Assembly: GCA_043803945.1 (NCBI GenBank)
Contig: JAZDJN010000087.1
Coordinates: 192,001 to 256,000, forward strand
Source: a bacterium
Lineage (GTDB): Bacteria > Bacteroidota > Ignavibacteria > UBA10030
DNA length: 64,000 nt
Direction of reading: 5' to 3'
Shown: piece by piece, positions 46,591 through 55,384 of the stretch
Numbering within the stretch: the stretch's first letter is position 1
Layout: the number at the start of each line of letters is the position of its first letter
Position numbers and translations under genes: made by a program
The notes under the pieces: model-generated
Databases searched by the model: none
Told to the model about the DNA's origin: nothing
What the model saw: only the letters and a program-made list of their open reading frames with translations

Positions 46591-48831
46591 TTATTGTACC
46601 TTGACTGTTTCTTCCCAATATCTCCATTTGCTGTACCCATCACGCTCCCGTGCTCCATCAAGCTGAAGTCCATGCACGTTGGGTAGTGCCTCCATGAGGG
46701 TTGTTCCATTATACCTGACCTTTAACACATTGGAGGCGGAGTATTGAACCTGATTGCCCTCTTTCGTTGCGAAAAGAACATGCGCATCGGTCTCGTAATC
46801 TCCGTATGAGACTTTTCCCAAATCATAGAGGTATCGGGGCCGGATGTTCTCGCGTGCAACCTCCATGTCAAGATCGAGTTTTACACCAAGCGTTGATGTT
46901 TTACCGTCGCGGTCAATTTCAAGCCCGACAGCCTGATAAGGAGCTGAGACATTGATCTGGCGGACTCGCTTGAGAAGCGGCTCAAGATTTTCACCCCTCT
47001 TGTGCGGTACCAGAACACTTACAAACACTTCCATATCGCCGGCGTGATACTGGCTGGAGATTGACTGATAGACGGCTTGTTCCTGTTGTCCGCTACGCCT
47101 GATGGGCTCAACACCCATGGTTTTCGCATAGGTTTCGGGGAAATAAAGAAGCAACGACTGATCCATTAGAAACTGAGTGCGCTGAATCGAATCATTTGCA
47201 AGGTCGACAAAGTTGTTCCCCTTCGCCATGATGCGCTGGCTGTGCCAGAAATTCGTGAAGGTAAAATAATCCGGCTTTAGCACCTTTACACCGTCGACGA
47301 CAATAAAGAAATCGTCCTGTTTGACATAGACGACAACACGATCCCATTGGTATCCGAGTTTATCATCGGTCACCCGCGTGCGGCTCACATCGACCTCGTT
47401 GAGATTTAGAAAATCAATTTTCTGAGTTCGTACTTGCCGATAGGCACCAGAGTTTTGGACGAACTCAAGCACCGATTGATGCCCGTCCCGTTTATTTAAC
47501 CGGGCGACCAGACGATTATGAAAATAATCCTGCCGCCATGCACCATAGATCCCGCTCGGAAGACTATCGCGGTAATCGGCATCGTGGAGAAGGACCGAGC
47601 CTTTGTTCATGAGCAGGGCAATGCTATTTTCATCGGCGTGACCATGGTGCATTTTTTCTTCCTCAACCGAAATGGTTTGCCGTAGATATTCCCGTCCCAG
47701 CCAGCCTCCATCGCCTTCATCTTTATAGTTGAGGAGCATATACGTGCTCTGCGGCTTCCAGCCGTTCCGGAACACGATCTTTTTTCCAATCATATCTTCC
47801 AGGACTTCCTGGCTGGAACTCACCGGTTGCTGTGCTTTCACCTTCTCATCGGTCCAGCGAAAGGCGTCGGAGAGGTAATACGCTTCTCCAACACCGATTA
47901 CTGGCAGCCGTTTTTTTGCACTTTCGTACACACGTTGTGCAGCCCATTTCATTTCAGGATCTTTGAAGATGGCTGCCCCCTTTTCGAAGATCGGCACAAA
48001 CCGGAGCGATTCCCATCCGGAAGTCCAGCGCGAATCACCGAATTCCGGCACAATGCCGTACGGTGCAATCAATTTGACAAAATATTTCAGATAGTATTTT
48101 GTCAACGGAGAATCGAAGAGATCCGGCCTGTTTGCTGCTTCAGCGTAGGAATACAACGCCATCAGCCAAACGGCATGATAGCCGGTGGCATCTTCAATTT
48201 CCCATTGCGTAAGATTGTCTCCTGCAATAATCTCCGCCATTGCTTTCCATTTGGGTGCATTCGGATGATCCGGCAGAGCGATGGCAGCATAGAGTAACGC
48301 TTCTGCCCGGAGGATTGCGCGGTTGTGTGCACCCCATTCGGGAAAATGGAAAATAAAGTCGGCACTGCCGGCAACATCCTCCTCTATTTTCTTTTTCATC
48401 CGGTCGTCGATGACGCCGCTATCTTTGATGCGAAGGTAGGCCCGAATATAGGGAGCCATATAAAAGAAATTCGTGATAACCGGAACACCTCGTTGATACT
48501 CAACACGGGTATTCCAATACTCTTTAGGATATGCCTCACGCAGATCGCTGTAGGACAACAGTAACTCTGCCGCCTGACGGGCATATGTTTTGTCTTTCGT
48601 TTCCTCAAACAAAAATGCCAGCGTGCTCGCAAGATAGACCGGTCCACCCGGAGAATTATAACCCCACAAGGGACTCGGCTGATAACTTTTTTTCCATTGT
48701 TCATTCTGTGCCGGCAGTTCCTTCCAGCCTTTTTCAACAGCGTTTTTGATATCACTCATATAGAGCGATTGTTGTGCTGCGGCAACCTGAAGTATAAGGA
48801 CAAAACAGATGATGACATGGTGCATTCTCAT
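46591..48831 (-). CDS. Secreted hypothetical protein, heparinase II/III-like architecture
   Basis: Signal peptide (start MRMHHV, 48831); PEFGDS, HHGHADENSI..VLLHD and HNRL recall heparinase II/III motifs. Confidence 0.6.
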   Translation of the reverse strand: MRMHHVIICFVLILQVAAAQQSLYMSDIKNAVEKGWKELPAQNEQWKKSYQPSPLWGYNSPGGPVYLASTLAFLFEETKDKTYARQAAELLLSYSDLREAYPKEYWNTRVEYQRGVPVITNFFYMAPYIRAYLRIKDSGVIDDRMKKKIEEDVAGSADFIFHFPEWGAHNRAILRAEALLYAAIALPDHPNAPKWKAMAEIIAGDNLTQWEIEDATGYHAVWLMALYSYAEAANRPDLFDSPLTKYYLKYFVKLIAPYGIVPEFGDSRWTSGWESLRFVPIFEKGAAIFKDPEMKWAAQRVYESAKKRLPVIGVGEAYYLSDAFRWTDEKVKAQQPVSSSQEVLEDMIGKKIVFRNGWKPQSTYMLLNYKDEGDGGWLGREYLRQTISVEEEKMHHGHADENSIALLMNKGSVLLHDADYRDSLPSGIYGAWRQDYFHNRLVARLNKRDGHQSVLEFVQNSGAYRQVRTQKIDFLNLNEVDVSRTRVTDDKLGYQWDRVVVYVKQDDFFIVVDGVKVLKPDYFTFTNFWHSQRIMAKGNNFVDLANDSIQRTQFLMDQSLLLYFPETYAKTMGVEPIRRSGQQEQAVYQSISSQYHAGDMEVFVSVLVPHKRGENLEPLLKRVRQINVSAPYQAVGLEIDRDGKTSTLGVKLDLDMEVARENIRPRYLYDLGKVSYGDYETDAHVLFATKEGNQVQYSASNVLKVRYNGTTLMEALPNVHGLQLDGARERDGYSKWRYWEETVKVQ

Positions 48832-49757
48832 GGTTTCCTTTCCAGAAAGTTTCCTTGATCGAGGGCGGCGCATAAGGAGGCGATATCTCCGATCATTTCT
48901 CCTAATTGCGATGGGATAATTTCACAACTATTTGCAGCTTCCGACAATGTTTCTTCAAACATAACCTGCCGTGCGATCGGAAGGATGGCATCTCCAATTC
49001 TCATGCCAATTCCCCCAAGAATGATACGTTGGGGATTGAGGATATCAACCAGGATCGCAAATCCTCTTCCGATATAGAATGCTGCCTGTTCAAAAACCTT
49101 GCGCGCCTCCTCCCGGCCGGATTGGTATGCCGTATAGACATCCAGAATGCTCGCAGAGGAATCCCAAAGCTTCGGGTACATTCCGTGGGCGAGCTTCGCT
49201 ATTCCTGTACCGCTCCCGAACGCCTCAAGCGATCCGAACTTTCCATAACTGAAGGGGCCGACCGTGTTCATTCGGATGTGACCTATTTCTCCGGCAGTGT
49301 CTGTCGTTCCGCGATACAACCGGCCATCGAGAATGAGTCCCGCCCCCAACCCTGTCCCCATTGTCAGGAAGATGATGTTTTGATATCCACGGCCTGCACC
49401 GAAATAATGCTCCGCTAATGCACCGGCATTGCCGTCATGTTCGATATACACCGGCAATGAAAACTGTTCCGACAGCATCTGTTTCAGAGGAACATCATCC
49501 CACCCGGGAAGATTAGGTGGGGATTTAATAATGCCCTTCAACACATCGAGCGGTCCGCCAATAGAGACACTGATCGCTTTCACCGGTTCCGGGCTGTTCT
49601 TCAATGCCTCAGCAATCATGGCAATCAGTTCCTGATAGATTTTCTTGTAGCCGCGGTGTGCATGTGTGGGAAATTGTTTTCTCCAGACAATCTTAGCCTG
49701 TGCCGTGCCCAACACAACGGCCGTTTTTGTACCGCCAACATCAACCCCAATAATCAT
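48828..49757 (-). CDS. ROK family sugar kinase
   Basis: GVDVGGTK, EHDGNAGALAE, GTGLGAG, AGEIGH; no HTH. Confidence 0.92.
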   Translation of the reverse strand: MIIGVDVGGTKTAVVLGTAQAKIVWRKQFPTHAHRGYKKIYQELIAMIAEALKNSPEPVKAISVSIGGPLDVLKGIIKSPPNLPGWDDVPLKQMLSEQFSLPVYIEHDGNAGALAEHYFGAGRGYQNIIFLTMGTGLGAGLILDGRLYRGTTDTAGEIGHIRMNTVGPFSYGKFGSLEAFGSGTGIAKLAHGMYPKLWDSSASILDVYTAYQSGREEARKVFEQAAFYIGRGFAILVDILNPQRIILGGIGMRIGDAILPIARQVMFEETLSEAANSCEIIPSQLGEMIGDIASLCAALDQGNFLERKP

Positions 49758-50878
49758 ACCGTTATAAGCCCTTTAATAATTTCCTTTGCCTGTTCAACCT
49801 GATCCAGCGAGATGTGTTCATCGGTAGTGTGTGCCTGTGCAATGTTGCCCGGCCCGAATACCACCGAAGGGATTCCAAAATTATTGTAAAAGCCTGCATC
49901 CGTTGCATAGTGTGCAGTTTCGAGGCTTACCGATCCTGTCACGCGACGAATGGGCTCGGAGAGCAGGCGGACAATCCCTGCTTCCTCTGCAAGCTCCATT
50001 CCTGCAACTGAGAGATACGGCAGATCGGCATGCCAATCCGGAAGTCCCTGCAGCCCGGCAAGGGCAGCCTCGAAGACATCGCCGGTGGTTTCTCCCGGCA
50101 CCGTGCGCCGGTCGATCTCAATGCTGCATCTATCGGGAACAATGTTGACCGCCTCTCCTCCTTCAATCACTCCCACACTGATCGTTGGTGAGCCAAGGAG
50201 CGGATGCGGCCTTCGCATATGCAATCGTTGTGCATATTCTTCAATGCGTTTCACCACGTTAGCCATTGCATAGATCGCATTCGATCCACGCTCCGGATAG
50301 GCCGAATGAGCAGCAATGCCGGTGGTATGAATTTTCCATCGCGTCACACCTTTGTGTGCCCGGACAATGCTGAGCTGCGTTGGCTCACCGACAATACCGA
50401 AATCCGCCTGCAGTTGATCACACGCCGCCATTGCTCCACTGAACCGGTATTCCTCATCACACACAAACAGCAACACGAGATTATATTTGAACTGCCCGTT
50501 GATGGCGAGAACATCGATCACGGCCTGCAGTAATGCGGCAATTGCTCCTTTGGTATCGCAAGCACCGCGGCCGAACAGTTTTCCATCCCTGATAACAGGA
50601 TCAAAGGGAGCGATACTCATCGCGTCTGCATGAACAGTATCGAGGTGAGCCTCAAGCAAGAGTGTTTGAGGGGCTTTGACATCAATGCGACCAATCACAT
50701 TGGGCCGCCCCGGAAGCACTTCAATCACTTGCGTATCGATCGCATGGGCTTTCAACAGTTGAGCGATGTGCTCGGCAATGGCTTTTTCTGAATACTCGTC
50801 TCCGATTTTCGTGCGCCCCATGGGATTCATGCTCGGAATCGCAACAAGCTCAGAAAGCAGGTGAATGACTGACTCCAT
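49754..50878 (-). CDS. M20 family metallopeptidase (ArgE/DapE-like deacylase)
   Basis: AHLDTV, GRGACDTKG, DEE, GEPT, GPGNIAQAHT. Confidence 0.92.
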   Translation of the reverse strand: MESVIHLLSELVAIPSMNPMGRTKIGDEYSEKAIAEHIAQLLKAHAIDTQVIEVLPGRPNVIGRIDVKAPQTLLLEAHLDTVHADAMSIAPFDPVIRDGKLFGRGACDTKGAIAALLQAVIDVLAINGQFKYNLVLLFVCDEEYRFSGAMAACDQLQADFGIVGEPTQLSIVRAHKGVTRWKIHTTGIAAHSAYPERGSNAIYAMANVVKRIEEYAQRLHMRRPHPLLGSPTISVGVIEGGEAVNIVPDRCSIEIDRRTVPGETTGDVFEAALAGLQGLPDWHADLPYLSVAGMELAEEAGIVRLLSEPIRRVTGSVSLETAHYATDAGFYNNFGIPSVVFGPGNIAQAHTTDEHISLDQVEQAKEIIKGLITV

Positions 50879-50880
50879 GG

Positions 50881-51501
50881 TTATTCTTCCTCAATAGCAA
50901 AAACTCGTGCCGGAGCTCCATCTGCGCCTTTGATGAGAAGGGGTGCAGCGACAAGTGTAATTCTTCCCTCGTGCAGGTGTGCAGTGTTGTTAAGATTTGT
51001 GATCAGCGGAATACCCTGTTTGAGCAAGATGTAATGAGTCTCGAGTGTAAAGGGCGTGTCGGCCGCTACAACTGTGGTTCCCAATGCTGCCAAGTATTCT
51101 GCCGCCTCTGGCGACAAAGGTGGATAGGTTTGATAATAATCTTCCCGCCCAAAAAATTTATCCCAGCCGGTTTTTAACACAACACCGCTCTGTTGTACGT
51201 TAAACTTTTGCTGTAGCTCTTCTTTTGTGATGGCGCGTCTGGATTCGCGGGGTGAAAAATCCAAAACCATTGCATGAGAATACCAGAGCGCCGGATCATA
51301 CTGATCAATGGTCGGCATTCCCTGAAAGACATGGCTTGGCGCATCGATGTGGGTTCCTGTATGTGTACCAATGCTGAGACGTGTTACCTCACAACGGTGT
51401 TCTGAGAAATTAGCCGTGCGCTCCAACGATGTAGCCGGGTGCCATGGAAAATACACCCGCAGAGCAGAATCAATCGGATGTGTCAGATCTATGACGTTCA
51501 T
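50881..51501 (-). CDS. Cyclase family metal-dependent hydrolase (kynurenine formamidase-like)
   Basis: IDLTHP, HTGTHIDAPSH, GADGAPARVFA. Confidence 0.9.
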   Translation of the reverse strand: MNVIDLTHPIDSALRVYFPWHPATSLERTANFSEHRCEVTRLSIGTHTGTHIDAPSHVFQGMPTIDQYDPALWYSHAMVLDFSPRESRRAITKEELQQKFNVQQSGVVLKTGWDKFFGREDYYQTYPPLSPEAAEYLAALGTTVVAADTPFTLETHYILLKQGIPLITNLNNTAHLHEGRITLVAAPLLIKGADGAPARVFAIEEE

Positions 51502-51821
51502 ACATCGATATCCTCGGTATGATGTCCTTCAGCGCGTTGAGGTGAAACATTTTTATCGGGCACCCAGATGATAGCGTCGACCGGACACGCTTCAAAACAG
51601 AGACCGCAGCCAGTGCAGTAATCCGGAATCACCACGGCAACCCGTTTGAAAAGATGCTGTGCGCGGTGTTCCATGACCAGTGCATCGAAAAAGCAGAGCG
51701 GCGGACAACGATCGCAGCCAATGCACAGTGATTCAACCGCTGCCGCAATAGGCGGATGCTCCTTGACGAAGGGAGGCGGAAGCGGTGCAAGTCCGCGATA
51801 TCTTGAGCGCTGATCAGTCAT
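51498..51821 (-). CDS. 2x[4Fe-4S] ferredoxin-like protein
   Basis: CIGCDRCPPLC and CTGCGLCFEACP. Confidence 0.88.
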   Translation of the reverse strand: MTDQRSRYRGLAPLPPPFVKEHPPIAAAVESLCIGCDRCPPLCFFDALVMEHRAQHLFKRVAVVIPDYCTGCGLCFEACPVDAIIWVPDKNVSPQRAEGHHTEDIDV

Positions 51822-51824
51822 CTT

Positions 51825-52862
51825 CTATTTCGGTTCGTTCCATATATTCCGAGATCCGGATTTCGGCTCACCCGACCAGCGAATAATGTCATCGGGATGT
51901 GTCATATGCTGAAGCGCCTTGCCGCGGATCTGATCAAGCGAGTTCAGCTCCTTCCGCTTGAGATACTCTTCGATTTCCACGTTCACCCGGTTGATGGTCT
52001 CCCACCCATTGATCATAACCGCCGAGAGCATTTGGATGGTCGTTGCACCGAGAAGCACATACTTGACAACATCCAATCCTGACATAACACCGCCAGTTGC
52101 GCTGATTGGAATGGAAATCGATTGGGCTGCTTCTGCAACGTAGCGGAAGTTATAGTACTTCGCCCATGGCCCCCCGATCCCGGCATAATACCCATGAAGG
52201 ATCGGCTGTTGGCTTTCAACGTCGACATCAAATCCGCGAATGCGATTGCACAGCGAGACTGCCGATGCGCCGCATTCCTGTGCAGCAAAACATTGATGAA
52301 GAAGATCGGGGCTCGGAGCGAATTTTACCAGTACCGGGATCTTCACCGCCTGTACCACAGCCTTAATTGCAGCGACGAATGTTGTTTCAAATTCCAGGCT
52401 GCCCGGCCGATGCGGTGAGGAGATATCGAGTTCAAGAGCATCGGCACCGCTCTCTTCCACTTTATTTGCCATTGCCGCCCAATCGCCTGCCTCATCGGCA
52501 AATATACTTCCAATAATCGGAATGATAGCATGCTCCTTGCTCACCTGGATGAAGCGCCAGTAATCCTCCAGTGTTCCGCTGTACCCCTGTTCGTAGGAAT
52601 AGAGGCTGAACATTTTCGATCGGCCACGAATTTGTTTATCCCAATCCAGCAGCTTATACCGGGGCCGGGGCCAGTTCCGCATATGGGCATATTTGTCGGA
52701 ACATGCTGTCTTCAACACAACCGCGCCCGCACCATGATTCTGGGCAAACCGAATCTGGTTGACATCATGACTCGCCGGTCCGGAGGCCACTATCACCGGG
52801 GTGCGAAGTGTGAATCCCAAAAACGATGTGGTTAAGGACACTGCGTTCTCTTCAGCCTCCAT
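51825..52862 (-). CDS. Dihydroorotate/dihydropyrimidine dehydrogenase (PreA-like) FMN TIM-barrel protein
   Basis: PVIVASGP, GAVVLKT, ADALELDISSPH, PVLVK, ISATGGV..GATTIQ. Confidence 0.85.
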   Translation of the reverse strand: MEAEENAVSLTTSFLGFTLRTPVIVASGPASHDVNQIRFAQNHGAGAVVLKTACSDKYAHMRNWPRPRYKLLDWDKQIRGRSKMFSLYSYEQGYSGTLEDYWRFIQVSKEHAIIPIIGSIFADEAGDWAAMANKVEESGADALELDISSPHRPGSLEFETTFVAAIKAVVQAVKIPVLVKFAPSPDLLHQCFAAQECGASAVSLCNRIRGFDVDVESQQPILHGYYAGIGGPWAKYYNFRYVAEAAQSISIPISATGGVMSGLDVVKYVLLGATTIQMLSAVMINGWETINRVNVEIEEYLKRKELNSLDQIRGKALQHMTHPDDIIRWSGEPKSGSRNIWNEPK

Positions 52863-52871
52863 TTATAATGC

Positions 52872-53981
52872 TTACGAAAGAGAAAACTCCTGCTCCCGTA
52901 CAAAATACCTGCGCATGACGCTGCTTTTCAACTGGTAACAATTGCCAATGCCAGATGGAATTTCGATGCATCCATTTCGCACCTCAAGCAATGGATCAAT
53001 TATGTCATCCACAAACCAGCGGTGTGATGCTTCAACATCGGTCGGGTATGTGAAATTTGGAAGTGTTGCCAGATGCACAGTCTGTGCTCCGCCGATGCCA
53101 AGCTCCGGCATGGTGCCGCCCCAGACAGGAACGCCTGCCTCTGCACAGAGATCATGAATCTCTTTAGCGTTCTGTAATCCGCCTACCCGCTGAATTTTTA
53201 TATTCACAATCTTACATGCCTTCATAGCAAGAGCATCTCGAACAGTATTGCTATCCTTTGCACTTTCATCGAGACATACTGGTGTAGAAATCTTTTCCTG
53301 AAGTTTTGCGTGTCCTTCAAGGTCGTCTTTCGGCAGCGGCTGCTCAATCATCATCAATCCAAATTCGTCAAGTCGATGCAGGTGTCCGATATCGGCTTGC
53401 GTATACGCGCAGTTCGCATCGACCATCAAGTTCATCGACGGATATTCTTTCCGTAGTACGCTCAACGGTTCAATGTCCCAACCCGGCTGGATTTTAATTT
53501 TAAGACGTTTATAGCCATCCGCCATGGAGCGGGTAATCGCTGAGAGCAACTCTGAAACCGAAGGATAGATTCCTACTGCCAATCCTGAGTCGACACACGT
53601 TCGTTCACCTCCGAGCCGCTGGTACAGGGGCTGCTGTGCTTGCTGAGCTTCAAGATCCCAATACGCAGTCTCAATTCCCGCTTTTGCGAATGCATTCCCT
53701 TTGATTGCGCTTACTACCTGATTTATTTGTTCGACAGATTCCGGATGACGCACTTGCACCCGTGGAATAATTTCTTGTACCAGGCAATCCCAGGTTGATT
53801 CCGGCGTTTCATCCGAATAGAATGCCCCCGCCATCGGCGATGCTTCTCCATAACCAATTGCTCCATCGGCATACACACCGATGATAATGCCATCTTTCTC
53901 GCTTACTGTACCGTTGCTTATCCTGAACGGTTCAATGAGCGGGATTCTGACGTGGGTGATCGTTATGCGTTCAACGTTCAT
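52872..53981 (-). CDS. o-succinylbenzoate synthase / N-acylamino acid racemase subfamily (enolase superfamily)
   Basis: KIKIQPGWD, MVDAN, IEQPL, LDES, NIKIQRVGG. Confidence 0.88.
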   Translation of the reverse strand: MNVERITITHVRIPLIEPFRISNGTVSEKDGIIIGVYADGAIGYGEASPMAGAFYSDETPESTWDCLVQEIIPRVQVRHPESVEQINQVVSAIKGNAFAKAGIETAYWDLEAQQAQQPLYQRLGGERTCVDSGLAVGIYPSVSELLSAITRSMADGYKRLKIKIQPGWDIEPLSVLRKEYPSMNLMVDANCAYTQADIGHLHRLDEFGLMMIEQPLPKDDLEGHAKLQEKISTPVCLDESAKDSNTVRDALAMKACKIVNIKIQRVGGLQNAKEIHDLCAEAGVPVWGGTMPELGIGGAQTVHLATLPNFTYPTDVEASHRWFVDDIIDPLLEVRNGCIEIPSGIGNCYQLKSSVMRRYFVREQEFSLS

Positions 53982-54874
53982 CGCCTCTTCACCGGATTCT
54001 TCAATTCGCCAATCCTTTCGATTCGGCAGGAAACTGTATCGCCCTCGCTCATTGGTCCGATTCCTTCCGGAGTGCCCGTGGAGATAACGTCCCCCGGCTC
54101 CAATGTAATGTTCTTCGAGATGAATTCAATCAATGTTGGGATATCGAAGACGAGATCTTTTGTGTTGGCCTTTTGCCTCACCTTGCCATTGACACGGCAC
54201 TCGAGATTTAACCGGAGCGGCTGCTTAAATTCCTCTGCGGTCACAATCCAGGGCCCCAGCGGCGTGAAGGTATCGAAACTTTTCGATCGAAACCAAGGAT
54301 GTTTGTTGTTGATGTCGTTTGATTGCAAATCGCGTGCGGTAACATCGTTGATGATTGTGAATCCTGCAATTGCCTTCCACGCCTCTTTTTTCTTTACGGC
54401 TGTAGTTTTCTGTCCGATCACGACTGCCAGTTCAACTTCGTGATCGATACGGCCAACATCAGCAGGAATGAGAATCGACTCATCGGGTCCGATCACCGAC
54501 GAGCCCGCTTTGGAGAAAATGATCGGTTCCACCGGGACCCGAAAGTTACCCTCCTTTGCATGCAGAGCATAATTCAATCCAAGAGCGACAATTTTTGGAG
54601 GGCGAAGAATCGGCGCCTTCATAACGGCATTGCCCCCGACAAGGTATTCTTTCTCGAGCTTGTGGCTCTTCAGAAATTCAATTACCGCCCGAAACTCCTC
54701 TTCATCGAATCGCCCTTCTGTCAGGAGTTGAAGAATTGTCGTCGTCGGCTCGACAACGATTCTTCGGGTGATCGAAGTTGCGGCGGCTTCTGCGTCGGTA
54801 TAATTTATCCATCGGCCCTTATATTCAATGCCGATACAATAACCTTGCAGGTCTTCAAATTGTGCAATCTTCAT
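53978..54874 (-). CDS. Fumarylacetoacetate hydrolase family protein
   Basis: KIVALGLNY, DHEVEL, NDVTARD, KSFDTFTPLGP, PGDVISTGTPEG. Confidence 0.93.
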   Translation of the reverse strand: MKIAQFEDLQGYCIGIEYKGRWINYTDAEAAATSITRRIVVEPTTTILQLLTEGRFDEEEFRAVIEFLKSHKLEKEYLVGGNAVMKAPILRPPKIVALGLNYALHAKEGNFRVPVEPIIFSKAGSSVIGPDESILIPADVGRIDHEVELAVVIGQKTTAVKKKEAWKAIAGFTIINDVTARDLQSNDINNKHPWFRSKSFDTFTPLGPWIVTAEEFKQPLRLNLECRVNGKVRQKANTKDLVFDIPTLIEFISKNITLEPGDVISTGTPEGIGPMSEGDTVSCRIERIGELKNPVKRR

Positions 54875-54935
54875 GTCTGAACCAATGTGTTGATACTATT
54901 ATTGATTGATGACTACTCAGTATATCAATGGCAAA

Positions 54936-55043
54936 ACCACTGAGACACTGAGAACACAGAGCTTTCGTTATTCATTCTTATAGACTTTCAATTCTAGACA
55001 TCTACTAGTTCTCTTTTCTCTGTGTGCTCTGAGCCTCGGTGGC
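54936..55043. repeat. Palindromic element with internal 8-9-mer repeats
   Basis: accactgagacactgagaacacagag ... ctctgtgtgctctgagcctcggtggc as inverted arms. Confidence 0.7.
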
Positions 55044-55384
55044 TGCGTAATTAGGGTAATGGGTTATTGATGATCTGCATTTTTCGTTTCCTTAAAATAC
55101 ACACCAACCGGATGCTGCCGCTCAAGTACCTGATCAGGGTACGCGAGTACACACTTGCGGCGTTCGCTCTCAAAGGTCATGTTCGACAGGGCAATTCAGG
55201 ACAATCGGCAATGATCGCCCCATGCGCTCCACGGTAATGAATTCACTATTCAATAAATCATGCAAGAGGTGAAGTTTTCCTTCCGGCGAATCAAACGACC
55301 ACTGGATCTCCAGGTAACGATATTTACCCGGCAGTTCAAGATTCTGCTGAGCGCTATAGGTTGTCATCTCACCATACCTCCTCT

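Noticed and set aside
52872-53981. menC in menaquinone biosynthesis
   Set aside because: No other men genes are nearby; the M20 and amidohydrolase context favours a racemase or catabolic role, so no symbol was given.
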